Of a stretch of DNA of 64,000 nucleotides, positions 16,267 through 27,300 are shown in pieces. The first letter of the stretch is position 1, and each line of letters starts with the position of its first letter. Source of the stretch: a virus; IMG/VR virus record IMGVR_UViG_3300021961_000050, positions 1 through 64,000 of that record, one strand, 5' to 3'. Position numbers and translations under genes: made by a program. The notes beneath the pieces are model-generated. The model worked only from the letters and a program-made list of their open reading frames with translations, had not been told where the DNA came from and made no database searches.

Positions 16267-17370
16267 CTAATTAGTTTCATAACCTACTGCATAAGCTTCG
16301 TCTACCAGTGAACAGTGACATTTTTGTTCACATTCAACCCAGGCACGGTCATGATCATCGATACTACTAAAAAATTTATCCCATATAGGATTGTTCAAAA
16401 CTTTTTCTAACCCATTTGATCTTATATTGAGTTTATCTTTATTTACGCTAAAAAAACTGTCAGTAAACAATATTGATTTCCTTTCAGATTTTAGCTGATC
16501 ATAAGGAAAACTAGTCCAACTACAAGGAAATAATTGCCCTTCTGCGTTGACATATAGTCCTCTATTGCCTACTAGACACAGTGGTGTTACAAATTTATTA
16601 TATTCTTCTTTAGTTTTTAAAAATTGTACCTTGTTAGTGTCCATATAGTCTGTATTATCTAAAATACGTTCAGTAAGTTTAACAGAAAACCGTTCATATC
16701 TATGTGATTTACTAATATATTGATCACTAGGTTCAAATGGATCTACATCACCACCATAGGCATCACCATAAACAGACCCAAATTTAGTACTTTTAGTAAA
16801 CTGTATACTGTCGCACCCTATCAAACCAGCCTGATGTGCCATATCATCTAAATGTGCTTCATTGAATCTAAAAATTATTGTAGCCCAATTAACAAAAGCC
16901 TTGCTTTCTTTAGCCATGATAGACATGCCCTGCATAATACTAGACCAATTACTGTTTACACGATATAAATTGTTACTAGTATCATCATATCCGTCTACAC
17001 TAAAATTAATGCTGTCACGTTCGTTACAGATTTGTGCAAATTCACGCCACCATTCTTCACTGCGATAACTGCCGTTGGTTATAGTAAACAGATGTATATT
17101 GGGATTTGTCTCTTTGATGTAACGACAGATGTCTAGATACTCTTTATTATAAATTGGATCGCCTATGTCGCCACACATTGTGATACGTTTAACCTGATTC
17201 TTAAGTAGATCCTCAGTCATAAACGATTTAAAAAATTCTAAACTAATATCGCGATTAAGTTCAATTGAATCTTTAAATTCTGTGCGAGGACATCTAGGGC
17301 ATTTTAAAGTACACTTACTGCTAATTTCAAAGTGCCAATGATAAAGTTGCCAGGGGTATGTTAAATTCAT
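16267..17370 (-). CDS. Radical SAM protein with C-terminal SPASM/Twitch-like domain
   Basis: CTLKCPRC (CxxxCxxC), GDIGDP, TNGS, FSVDG; C-terminal C...GLYVNAEGQLFPCSW...CEQKC. Confidence 0.9.
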   Translation of the reverse strand: MNLTYPWQLYHWHFEISSKCTLKCPRCPRTEFKDSIELNRDISLEFFKSFMTEDLLKNQVKRITMCGDIGDPIYNKEYLDICRYIKETNPNIHLFTITNGSYRSEEWWREFAQICNERDSINFSVDGYDDTSNNLYRVNSNWSSIMQGMSIMAKESKAFVNWATIIFRFNEAHLDDMAHQAGLIGCDSIQFTKSTKFGSVYGDAYGGDVDPFEPSDQYISKSHRYERFSVKLTERILDNTDYMDTNKVQFLKTKEEYNKFVTPLCLVGNRGLYVNAEGQLFPCSWTSFPYDQLKSERKSILFTDSFFSVNKDKLNIRSNGLEKVLNNPIWDKFFSSIDDHDRAWVECEQKCHCSLVDEAYAVGYETN

Positions 17371-17996
17371 TTTGATACAGTTAACCTTTTGTACACATGT
17401 TCTCTGTCAGACAGGATTAAATCTAAACTAGGTATTAGATCATCAGTGATTAGATGCGGCATAGTATTGTATAAAATATCTTTTTCCTCCACAGGACCAT
17501 TACCTCTGTTGAAATGAAAGTTAGTTTTAGTTAATCCTGGATGCAACTGACAGATACCAATTTTTGTACTGACTAGTTCTCTAGATAGACTATCTAAGAA
17601 TGATTCAAGTGCAACCTTACTGGTACCATAGGCTACAAAATTAGGCCATACATAGTCAACAATAGTAGATCCAACAACAACAATCTTAGACCAATCTTTA
17701 AAATATCTTTGTTGTACGTACTTATGTACTAATCGCATATTGGCTAAAAGATTTACAGTAACAGTGTTGATGAAATCCTCTTCTTTTAATTTGATAAAAG
17801 GTTGACGCCCATTGGTATCTACACCAGCACAGAGTATGATGGCATCATAACTGGCTAAATTAACAGTGCTAATGTCAAAATTTGATAGATCTAGTTCATT
17901 ACGTAAAGGTGCCCAAAGCTCATGCCCTTGTGCCTCTAGATGTTGTTTAAAACACTGTCCTATACCAGAACTTCCACCTGTTAAGAATATTTTCAT
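17367..17996 (-). CDS. Short-chain dehydrogenase/reductase (SDR)
   Basis: TGGSSGIG Rossmann motif, CAG, YGTSK (YxxxK) and HPGLTKT; ATGA overlaps with both neighbours. Confidence 0.9.
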   Translation of the reverse strand: MKIFLTGGSSGIGQCFKQHLEAQGHELWAPLRNELDLSNFDISTVNLASYDAIILCAGVDTNGRQPFIKLKEEDFINTVTVNLLANMRLVHKYVQQRYFKDWSKIVVVGSTIVDYVWPNFVAYGTSKVALESFLDSLSRELVSTKIGICQLHPGLTKTNFHFNRGNGPVEEKDILYNTMPHLITDDLIPSLDLILSDREHVYKRLTVSK

Positions 17997-19762
17997 GACA
18001 TTTCCACATCAGTGTCATACATGGTAAAGCCATTTTCTTTAACCACAGTTAGTATATTGTTAACACGCCCTGCTAGTTCGTCTCTGTGCGACACTAACCA
18101 AATTGACTTGTTATGTTCACGAGCCATTTTCTTAAGTATAGCCATGGCACCTTCAACACCACTAGCGTCCATACCTGAATCAACTAACTCATCAATGAAC
18201 AACAAGTTGATTGGTTGATACAAACTTTCCCATACATCACGGAATGCCCACGATAACGATAATATCAATCTATTACGCTCACCCCTGGACAAGTTATCAA
18301 AGTCTAAATCTCTACCTAGTTCAGTGATCTCTACGGTTAGGTCATTTAAGAAAGTAACTGTATGTGGCAAACCTATCCTGTCAAGATACTGACCTAGGCG
18401 AGCATTTAGATAACTTAGATTCTGATCAATGATACGTTTTCTAACAAAACTATCTTTATTGGTTAGAAGTTTATATAAGAAGTCCTGATGTTCCTGTACA
18501 CGTTTGTGTTCATTGATAGGACCATAGTCCACTTCTTCTTCACTCTGTTGTGACATTTCCTCTATCTGTTCTGTGTAAGGATCTTCTTCTTGTTCTTTGG
18601 CTTTCAATTGTAGTTCCAAACTGCCAAGACTTGATCTATGATGAATAGCATCTTCTTCATTGGGGTAAAATGTTTTGGGCTTATCACCTGGAAGACCTAG
18701 TTCTTTTTCTGCTTCACACAATTCTTTATGTGTATTAAAGTGTCGCTCATGTTCTTGCTCAGCGTCTGCCAGACTGCCTTCTTTTTGTGTTAGTAATTCT
18801 TCATGTTTATCATCATGTACATCCTGGCCACAACTATGACACTTATGTTCACGTAGCAGTTCCAGATCTTCTTTGAGTTTTTCTATTGCTGACTCTTCAC
18901 GTTTATAATCTTTTTCTGCTTGGCGTATGGCCTTTTGCACTTCTTCTATTTGTCTAACAGTTTCGTTATATGCTTTTAAATCTTTGTGCTGTTGAATTTC
19001 ATGATCAATATCAATCTTTTGTAGTTCTTCTAGAGCAATCTTTAATTCATCAATGTCATCTTGATGTTTCTTTTGCCACAGAGTTTGTCTACGTTTGATA
19101 GATTCAACCTGTTCTTTCATTTTGCTGTTAGAATCTTGCACTGCTTTGATCTTATATTCTTCTTCTTTAATAGCATCACGTGTGACTTTTTGTTGTTCTT
19201 TAAGGGCTTCAGCCTTTTCACTTAACACAGTGATACCTAACAGTTGTTCAATGATAGCACGTTGATCATTAGGTTTAAGTGCTAAGAATGGTTCTGTATA
19301 GGTATTCAAAGCCACAACATGTTTGAACATGGTGTGACTCATGTTCAACATGCGTTCTATTTCTTTTTGAGTTTCACGGCTGTCACCTTGAGCATTGTCC
19401 TCAGCTTCTTGTTCCTCACCGCCAATGTAAAATTTTAGTATGTTGGGTTTGCGTCCACGTTCAATCTTATAGTCAATGCCATTCCATTCAAAGTCCACTG
19501 TGACCAGCATGGCCTTGGCATTGGTCTTATTAACTAAATTATCTTTACGAATATTGGTTAGTGCTTCACCATATAAAGCATAACTAAGGGCATTAATGAT
19601 AGTGGTCTTACCTGTGCCATTACGGGCGCCACTATCATCGCCTCCAAGATCAATATTTTTACCCAACACTAGAGTTAGATCTTTGCGATCAAAGTTTACT
19701 GCTTGTGTTGAATTACCAACACTCATAAAGTTTTTAACTGTTAAACTTTTTAATTTGAACAT
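17993..19762 (-). CDS. gp46: Recombination endonuclease ATPase subunit (gp46, Rad50/SbcC-like)
   Basis: KNFMSVGN, Walker A NGTGKTT, coiled coil with CHSC zinc hook, LSRGE signature, LLFIDE Walker B and LVSH. Confidence 0.95.
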   Translation of the reverse strand: MFKLKSLTVKNFMSVGNSTQAVNFDRKDLTLVLGKNIDLGGDDSGARNGTGKTTIINALSYALYGEALTNIRKDNLVNKTNAKAMLVTVDFEWNGIDYKIERGRKPNILKFYIGGEEQEAEDNAQGDSRETQKEIERMLNMSHTMFKHVVALNTYTEPFLALKPNDQRAIIEQLLGITVLSEKAEALKEQQKVTRDAIKEEEYKIKAVQDSNSKMKEQVESIKRRQTLWQKKHQDDIDELKIALEELQKIDIDHEIQQHKDLKAYNETVRQIEEVQKAIRQAEKDYKREESAIEKLKEDLELLREHKCHSCGQDVHDDKHEELLTQKEGSLADAEQEHERHFNTHKELCEAEKELGLPGDKPKTFYPNEEDAIHHRSSLGSLELQLKAKEQEEDPYTEQIEEMSQQSEEEVDYGPINEHKRVQEHQDFLYKLLTNKDSFVRKRIIDQNLSYLNARLGQYLDRIGLPHTVTFLNDLTVEITELGRDLDFDNLSRGERNRLILSLSWAFRDVWESLYQPINLLFIDELVDSGMDASGVEGAMAILKKMAREHNKSIWLVSHRDELAGRVNNILTVVKENGFTMYDTDVEMS

Positions 19763-19767
19763 AGTTT

Positions 19768-19796
19768 AGTATACTATAGATTTCTGTAGATGTCTA
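19768..19796 (-). promoter_or_regulatory. Sigma70-type promoter directly before the gp46 ATG
   Basis: TAGACA (19791-19796), 17 nt, TATACT (19768-19773), 5 nt, then ATG at 19762; no SD. Confidence 0.55.
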
Positions 19797-20790
19797 ATAA
19801 TAAGTTTGGATCATAGGTATCACTTTGGATACTGGTCAATTGATTGGTTACAATAGTGTCAATTGATTCAAATGCCACGTTGCCTAACTGTATGTCTTCA
19901 CCAATGGTCACATCTTTAACTGGTAGCAGAGTTAGTTCACGTAGATTATACGTACCAACGAATGTTTCTTTGATAAATGTTGCTTCTTCGTAGGTGATGT
20001 CAATATCTAATTTGACACGGCAGTGCATGTTTGTTAGTAGTAAATCTTCTGGCTTCTTAAGCACATCACTTAAATTATAAACTCTAAATCTGGGTTGATC
20101 AGGCCAAGCAAAGTGTTTTGCAGGTTGTCCCCACTCTAACACAGTCATACCTCTGTCATCGTCTCCAGCGTCTGCATAGTTATGTGGAAAGCAATTACCA
20201 ACATAGGTAATGTTCTTGTTGGTCTGGCGTTTATGGAAGTGTCCACTGAACATGTGTCCAACACCTTTGAAATGATCTCTGGATATCTCACCCACGTCAG
20301 GCATCTGCACCATAGCATTCATATAAAAGGTAGGCAATTCAAAATGTCCAAACATATATTCTGCTTCAATCTTTTGCACCTTCTTGTGATCATCGCCTAC
20401 TAACCAAGGCACAAAAGAAACATCACCTTCCTTGTGGAAGTCATTCATAATATGTATATTTGGAATGTGTCTAGCCCAGGCCGCTGACTGTATGTCCCGC
20501 TTGTCTCTGTAGTATAGATCGTGATTGCCTGGAATAAAGAATATGCGATCAAATGCCTTACTCAGTAATTCTATAGCGTTGAGGCTGTAGTTTAGTGTGA
20601 CAATGTTTATGGCCGCACGGTTGTTGTGCCAGTCACCTAACATTAGACAAGTTTCACAACCTTCTTCTTTGGCTTTTTCGATAAACCATTTTACAAAGTT
20701 GAGACAATCTTCGTTGTGTAGTTGACTGTTAGATTTCAGACCAAAATGAATATCAGTCAGAATCGCCGCTTTCTTAAATAAATTTGCCAT
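19774..20790 (-). CDS. gp47: Recombination endonuclease nuclease subunit (gp47, Mre11/SbcD-like)
   Basis: Metallophosphoesterase motifs TDIHFG, LGDW, GNHD, GHFE and SGHFH. Confidence 0.95.
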   Translation of the reverse strand: MANLFKKAAILTDIHFGLKSNSQLHNEDCLNFVKWFIEKAKEEGCETCLMLGDWHNNRAAINIVTLNYSLNAIELLSKAFDRIFFIPGNHDLYYRDKRDIQSAAWARHIPNIHIMNDFHKEGDVSFVPWLVGDDHKKVQKIEAEYMFGHFELPTFYMNAMVQMPDVGEISRDHFKGVGHMFSGHFHKRQTNKNITYVGNCFPHNYADAGDDDRGMTVLEWGQPAKHFAWPDQPRFRVYNLSDVLKKPEDLLLTNMHCRVKLDIDITYEEATFIKETFVGTYNLRELTLLPVKDVTIGEDIQLGNVAFESIDTIVTNQLTSIQSDTYDPNLLLDIYRNL

Positions 20791-20797
20791 ACAGTAT

Positions 20798-20826
20798 ATT
20801 ATACCTTATTAAAAATGGTTTGTCTA
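20798..20826 (-). promoter_or_regulatory. Sigma70-type promoter directly before the gp47 ATG
   Basis: TAGACA (20821-20826), 17 nt, TATAAT (20798-20803), 7 nt, then ATG at 20790; no SD. Confidence 0.65.
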
Positions 20827-22110
20827 CGCTTTTGGTAATTTTAATAATTTTATTATTGTCCCACAGATGTCATGGTGGGTAAAAGTTTCTAATTTGTCAA
20901 TGATCTTGGTCGTTTCATTATTGGCCAATGATTTTATATTATATCGCCAAGGACTTTCTAAAATATTAAATGATGTGTGATCAAAACTCTGTGTTGACGC
21001 CCAGTCTAGTAGTTCAGGTAACCAAAAGACATTCTGGGTATTAATGGTTGGATAAAGTTCAGTCTTAAATTGCTCTGACCTATGATCACTGTATTTTTTT
21101 ATATTGTTGCAGACTGTAGACCAAGTAGCACCTACACGTTGTTGTTCAAATCTGTCTTCAATGTCATCAATACTAAAACTTAATTTAATTTCTTTAAAAG
21201 ACTTCCAGTAATCAAAAAACTTTTCAGAATACACAGTACCATTGGTGTTGTAGTCTATCTTAATATTTTTAGACACTCCTAGATCAATTAATTTTTTTAA
21301 GAAATTAAAATGAGTTTTACTCATCAATGGCTCCCCACCATAGAGGTCTAGATATTTTATATTTGGTGCCAGTTCTAAAATTTGATTCCAAAATTGATCT
21401 GTGTCAGCCCATTTAACCTGATGTTTAAGATTATTTAGGTCTACCAATGACAGCAGTCCTTGCTGATAGTCTTGTTCAGCGATGGTTGAACTAGATTCTC
21501 TATTACAGATATTACAGGCCAAATTACAACTGTTGCCTAGATTAAGATCAAATAATTGTAAGTTATCAATAGTTTCATTTTGATAATCTATCTTATAATA
21601 GATATCTCTAAATTTGTGTTTGCCTGCCTGACGCATACTAGATTTACCTAGTTGTTCTTCAGTCCAACATTTATTACAACTAACAGGTTCTTTACCATTT
21701 AAAAAATCTTGCCTTAGATCCTTCATAAAGTCTGACAGATAAGCATCTTTAATAGAATCTTTATCTATATCCTTGTTGGGAATAGTTCCTTGAAATAGAC
21801 AGCAAGGTTGAAATTTACCTACAGTGGATATTCTTAAATTGATCCAGGGATAGATACAAAACTTTTTAGGAAGATTAAAGTTAACAATTGGCAATTGATC
21901 TACAGATTCAAATTGAATAAAAAACTCAGGAATATCAACAAAGTTTAAAAGTTCGTTGATGATTTCTTTTTGTGACTGATGGTAGACGATGACAAGCCGT
22001 TCATCATCGTCATATTCAAGTTTTTTAAGTGAAATCAATTGATCATAAAGATCAGATAGTGATTTTTGGTTAACAGCGTTAACAATGCCTAAAATTTTAT
22101 AATCATTCAT
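20824..22110 (-). CDS. Radical SAM protein with N-terminal SPASM/Twitch-like Cys cluster
   Basis: FCIYPW..QPCC..CNKCW followed by CNLACNIC, GGEPL, YNTNGT and FSIDD. Confidence 0.9.
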   Translation of the reverse strand: MNDYKILGIVNAVNQKSLSDLYDQLISLKKLEYDDDERLVIVYHQSQKEIINELLNFVDIPEFFIQFESVDQLPIVNFNLPKKFCIYPWINLRISTVGKFQPCCLFQGTIPNKDIDKDSIKDAYLSDFMKDLRQDFLNGKEPVSCNKCWTEEQLGKSSMRQAGKHKFRDIYYKIDYQNETIDNLQLFDLNLGNSCNLACNICNRESSSTIAEQDYQQGLLSLVDLNNLKHQVKWADTDQFWNQILELAPNIKYLDLYGGEPLMSKTHFNFLKKLIDLGVSKNIKIDYNTNGTVYSEKFFDYWKSFKEIKLSFSIDDIEDRFEQQRVGATWSTVCNNIKKYSDHRSEQFKTELYPTINTQNVFWLPELLDWASTQSFDHTSFNILESPWRYNIKSLANNETTKIIDKLETFTHHDICGTIIKLLKLPKA

Positions 22111-22122
22111 TAGATTAATAAA

Positions 22123-23007
22123 TTAGTCGTCGGCTCCATACCCACCGCCGCCAAAACCACTGTTCTGTCTAGTATAACTAGGTGCAAAGTTGTTCATTTC
22201 TAAAATGTCATCACGGATATTTTGGTTACGCTTTTCAATGTTTAACACACGAGTAAATGAGTTAGTGATTGCGGCCGTATAATAAGCAAACGGATTTTGA
22301 CTCTTTGCTTCATCAAACTGTAGACCAATTTGGCTTAACTGTAGTAGTGCCTGTGACTTCATTTCATCATTATAGGTATATCCACGCCAGTTTGATCTAG
22401 TGGCATAACGTTCACACAGTTTAATAAACATGTGAGCTAGTTTGTCAGTCATCTGGCCATGATCTTTTGAAAATTTACCTTTTTCCAAATCACCTCGCCA
22501 ATGACTTTTGCCTACAATAAATGGTTCAGAGTCTTCTGTAATTCTATAATGGAAGAACGGTGGAAAATTTACCTTAACATACTTAGTAGCACCTTTGGCT
22601 TTTTCAGGTTCGTCATCATATTCTGTAGTGATATCGTCATCTTCTGCTTCTTCTCTAGCCTTGGCATCTGCTTTGGCTTGTTTGACGTCGTCAATAGGAA
22701 TGTGTTCCCAGGTCATTACACGAAATACCAAATCAGTTAACGGAATATCTTTGGTAGGAATAGCGTATTCGTCTAATTTTTTCTTAATACCATTTAAGAG
22801 ATCAACCTCTTGTGCTTCTTTGGCTAATCGTTCAGAACGATTTTTGCGTGCTTCAGCAATATTTTTTTTATTAATAGAAGACACACTGTTTAAGATAATA
22901 TCATATTGTCCATCTTTTGTCTTGTCTACAAAAGAACAGAAGGTCAATTTGCTTTTATGTATCTCTTTAAGAATGTCTTTATTGTTTAGGTAATTTACTT
23001 TTCTCAT
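22123..23007 (-). CDS. gp55: Late-transcription sigma factor (T4 gp55-like)
   Basis: NYLNNKDILKEI and NWRGYTYNDEM...FDEAKSQNPFAYYT...F.R.L..EK motifs, next to gp46/47. ATG at 23007 with AAGGA RBS. Confidence 0.85.
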   Translation of the reverse strand: MRKVNYLNNKDILKEIHKSKLTFCSFVDKTKDGQYDIILNSVSSINKKNIAEARKNRSERLAKEAQEVDLLNGIKKKLDEYAIPTKDIPLTDLVFRVMTWEHIPIDDVKQAKADAKAREEAEDDDITTEYDDEPEKAKGATKYVKVNFPPFFHYRITEDSEPFIVGKSHWRGDLEKGKFSKDHGQMTDKLAHMFIKLCERYATRSNWRGYTYNDEMKSQALLQLSQIGLQFDEAKSQNPFAYYTAAITNSFTRVLNIEKRNQNIRDDILEMNNFAPSYTRQNSGFGGGGYGADD

Positions 23008-23035
23008 AAATTTTAGTTTCCTTTTATATGCTACT

Positions 23036-23064
23036 ATTATAATGCCTATAAATATATAAAACAA
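23036..23064. promoter_or_regulatory. Overlapping divergent promoters: sigma70-type for gp55 (-) and late TATAAATA for the baseplate operon (+)
   Basis: Minus: TTGTTT (23059-23064), 17 nt, TATAAT (23036-23041). Plus: TATAAATA at 23047-23054, inside that spacer. Confidence 0.6.
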
Positions 23065-23079
23065 GAGGATATTTATATT

Positions 23080-24081
23080 ATGGCAGATTTTTCAGGTATG
23101 TTCAAATCCGTAACATCAAGTGTTGGCGGTAGTGTCAGTAAAATTGGTAGTTCTGCGTTTGACCTATTAGATCCTAGCAAAGCACGTCGTGCTATATCAG
23201 GACTACTTCCTGGTGGCTTACCTGGTATTGGCAAATTACTAACAAACATTGGCTTTAGTCCTATGGGTGAAGCCGGTGCCATTGAAGACGATTGGCGTGT
23301 GCGTATTAGTTTACCTGATAAATCAAACATATTCTATAAAAATGCCGTTGAAACAGGTTCTCCTGAAAATTCATTAATGGGTCCATTAATTGAAACAAAT
23401 GGAGTGATATTTCCTTATCTTCCTAGTATTACAGTGAGTCATTTGGCCAATTACAATCCTGCCAGCCTCACACATAGTAATTATGCACAGCAATTTTACC
23501 AGAACAGTGAAGTGAGTGACATTTCAATATCGGGAGAATTTACTGTACAAAATGTAGCAGAAGGACAGTATCTAATGGCCGCTATCTATTTCTTCCGCTC
23601 AGCAACCAAAATGTTTTTTGGCCAAGGATCAAATGCAGGTAATCCGCCACCAATGGTATTCTTAGACGGCTATGGCAGTCATTACTTTCCGCATGTTCCT
23701 TGTGTAATCACTAACTTTACACACGTTCTTCCAAATGACGTAGACTATCTACAGATACCTGTAACTACAACATCACTTGAAGAAGTTGCAGTACCTGAAG
23801 AAACAGGTAATTTTGGTTCAGTACAAAATGCAGAATATGTTCCAGGCCTATTACAAAGTGAAACACAGAAACTACCATCATTGACAGGTGGCACACAAAC
23901 AACCAAAATGCAGTTTACTAACCTAACATCATATTCTAGAGTACCAACACAGAGTACGATAACTATTACTGTTAGACCAGTTTACAGTCGTAAAAATTTA
24001 CATGAAAACTTTGATCTTGATAAATTTGCCGCTGGTAAATTATTACAGAATAAAGACCTAGGCACAGGAGGATTCCTATAA
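23080..24081 (+). CDS. Baseplate/tail-tube initiator-like protein
   Basis: First gene of the baseplate operon with GVIFPYLPSI, FFRSATKMFFG, NPPPMVFLDGYG and VPCVITNF, a tube-like fold pattern. The specific T4 equivalent (gp48/gp54) is uncertain. Confidence 0.5.
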   Translation: MADFSGMFKSVTSSVGGSVSKIGSSAFDLLDPSKARRAISGLLPGGLPGIGKLLTNIGFSPMGEAGAIEDDWRVRISLPDKSNIFYKNAVETGSPENSLMGPLIETNGVIFPYLPSITVSHLANYNPASLTHSNYAQQFYQNSEVSDISISGEFTVQNVAEGQYLMAAIYFFRSATKMFFGQGSNAGNPPPMVFLDGYGSHYFPHVPCVITNFTHVLPNDVDYLQIPVTTTSLEEVAVPEETGNFGSVQNAEYVPGLLQSETQKLPSLTGGTQTTKMQFTNLTSYSRVPTQSTITITVRPVYSRKNLHENFDLDKFAAGKLLQNKDLGTGGFL

Positions 24082-24383
24082 TGGCAGTCAAGTACAGCAA
24101 AACTAGCCCTTATGCTAATACCGACACGTTTGGATTTTTCCTTGATGTTGCTACATTTAGAGACATTCCACGCGACCCTAGTGACGTACAATATCAAATT
24201 GACAATGTTTATCAATATCGTCCTGATCTATTAGCAAATGACCTTTATGGCGACAGTGCTTTGTGGTGGGTGTTTGCTCAACGTAATCCAAATACTATCC
24301 AAGATCCCATCTACGATTTTCGTCCAGGTGTTGTTATCTATGTGCCTAAAAAGGAAAATATAACAGCGGCTCTAGGATTATAA
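24081..24383 (+). CDS. gp53: Baseplate wedge protein (gp53-like, LysM-like)
   Basis: YQYRPDLLANDLYGDSALWWVFAQRN motif. Confidence 0.75.
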   Translation: MAVKYSKTSPYANTDTFGFFLDVATFRDIPRDPSDVQYQIDNVYQYRPDLLANDLYGDSALWWVFAQRNPNTIQDPIYDFRPGVVIYVPKKENITAALGL

Positions 24384-24384
24384 C

Positions 24385-27300
24385 ATGGCATCTCAAGAAT
24401 CAATTGATAAGGCCCAGGCGCTAAGGAAACAAATTGAAACGGCTGAAGCTCGTCGGGCTGAAATTAAAGCCATTACAAATCCTACAGATGCACAACAAAG
24501 AGAACTTAGAAGTTTAAATAATCAAATTTCTCATGCACAGTACCAGTTTCGTACAGATAAAGATTTATTAAGCCTAGCAAACGAAAATATGAGTGCAGGT
24601 GATAAACTTTCTGTGTTTGGACTTGCATCAGGAACAGTTGGTGGGCTTGATAGTCCAGTGGCCGCTACTGGTTTATTAGAAGCAGGTGTAGCATTACAAA
24701 GTGTAGAAGAACAGTTTGAAACAAAAACAGAACCAGAAACATCTAAAGGCAAACCTGACAGTACAGAAACAACAAAACAAAACACAGATGCAGTTGGAGA
24801 TCCTTTACCAAATCAACTACACCAATATGCAAGTTATGCCTATTCTCTTAGTTGGCACTTACTCACAGTAGATGAGTATAACAAGGTTGTGGAGACACAA
24901 GAGTATGTGGCAAACAAAGTGCTGGTAGCCAGTGCTGGCAGATATAACGATATTAAAACTGGTGATCGTGCATTCAACAGAAGTTCTGTGTTTTCTGATG
25001 ATTTCTATTTTGAAGGATTAGAATTTGATACAGTAATTGGCATAACTGAAATGTCAAGATCCACTAATGCCATCAGCCTTGATTTTACTTTAGTTGAACC
25101 ATACGGAATGACTTTAGTCAACAAAGTAGCAGAAGTATGTTCATCAAGCGAAGTGGGATCAATTGACAACTATACTCATGCACCCTATCTATTACAGATT
25201 GATTTTTATGGCATGGACGACACCGGCAACATTACAGGTATCATTTCTGGAATAACCAAACGAATACCAATCAAATTGGTTAGTATGGGTATAAACATTA
25301 CCAATAGAGGTAGTGAATATAAGATTAAAGCAGTACCATTTAATCATAGTGCTTATGATCTAACATCAGTACAGACACCAGCAAATTTTGAAATTACCGC
25401 ACAGACAGTGGCAGGTTTTTTTCAAAGTTCAGAATCTGAAAAAGAATTATTTAAAACTGTTGCTATAGAAGAACGATCAGATAACAATATTGCACGTAGA
25501 ACATCCAACTCTGACTTTGTTGGTCCTGATGGACAGATTAACAACAATGTTACAGAATCTTTGTTTGGGGCTGACTCAGCATATCTACTGTTAAAAGATC
25601 CAATTTATAAAGTAAAGAGTTACGGTAGTGCTATCAACAGTTGGAACCAACGATTAACAGAAACAAATAAAATACAATATCCTGATACTTACTTTTTTAA
25701 ATTTGATAAAACTATTGGAGAATCAAGCATAACCACTGAAGGTACAACTAGTCCTAAAAATACTAGTATGACCAATCTCAAAAATAAAAAAGAACCAATC
25801 AGTATCAGAAGAACTAATATTGGAGCATCTACTAGAGACTTAGACTATAATGTTACTACAATCTCTATTAATGCTGGTACTACCATTGACATGTTATTAA
25901 ACTACATAATCAGACACAGTCAATACATTAGAGAGCAAATAGTAATTCCTGAATCCTTTGCTACTACAGATGCGTATATTGCGGCTAAGAAAAAATTTGC
26001 TGATTCACCAATGTCCTGGTTTAAAATAGTACCAACAGTTAAATTAAAAAACTTTGACAAAATCAAACAGGTATGGTCACGTGATATAACCTATCACATT
26101 GTTCCATATAAAGTGTATAATACCAAATTAGATATTATGCCACAGAAAACACAGACCCATCCTGTCAAAGTCTATAACTATCTATACACAGGAAAAAATG
26201 ACGACATTTTAGATCTAGAATTAAAATTTGATTTCTTATACTTTACTGCTTTAACTCCATATAGAAGCCATCAGACCACTGTGAATCCTATGGCCCAAGC
26301 CACAGAAGAAACAAGGAATACCAATCCAGGCGGATACATGCCTCAATACGAGGGAGTAATATCAAATAACCCCAATGCTGTGCAACCTAATGTGATACAG
26401 CATCAATATAATTCGCGTGAATCAGCAACAGGACATCATATCACTGCTAAAGATCAAGCAGTGGCAGATGCGGCCACCAGTCTATTAAGTGGCAGTATGG
26501 GAGATATGATACAGGTTAAACTATCTATCATTGGTGATCCTGATTACATCAAACAGGATGATGTATTTTATCCACCTAGATATACAGTTGATGAAAAGAT
26601 TGACAATACAACAGACTTTGACCCTAGACTAACTGCAAATGGTAGCTTAATAACTGATCATGGTGAACTTTACGTACAAATTTTATTTAGAACACCTACT
26701 GACCTTGATGAAAGTACAGGCATGATGAAATTTGATAAAAATCAAATTGCTATGTTTTCAGGAATGTATCGTGTGGTCAGAGTCGTTAATAAATTTAGTA
26801 GAGGACAGTTTATACAGGATTTAGAATTGGTTAGAATGCCTAGACAAAGTGCCTATGACTATGTAGTAGGCAATAAACTTCGAGGTAGTGAATCTAAAAA
26901 AGAACGTACAGAAGATTTAAACATTGACAAAGGTATTGGTGCTGGAGACACCGAGATAGGTGCACCCGACGATTCAACAGCATCTACTGCACCAGGAGAT
27001 GAAGATGTCCCTACCCAAGCAGAACCACCAGCACCGGACGTAACGCCAGATGAACCTGAAACATCTCAAGTAGAGGACTTAAAAGATATTAGAGAAAATG
27101 CAGAAGAAGAACCAATAACAAATCAAAATGAACCAACATCTGAGGTACCACCACCGGAGCCAGTAACTCCAGTTACACTACCAGATGGAGTAACTCAAGA
27201 TAGGTTTGGCAGTTATCAATATAAAGGACTTACTGTGCCTGCAGGTGTAGAACCAGGATCTGCTGAATTTAATCGGACTATTACTGCAATTGATAATCAA

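Noticed and set aside
15851-16270. 139-aa plus-strand ORF
   Set aside because: It is antisense to two minus-strand genes with good RBSs (15835..16014 and 16036..16254) and has no RBS or recognisable motif.
17993-20790. Inteins or introns in gp46/gp47
   Set aside because: Lengths and motif spacing are normal and no splicing motifs were seen.
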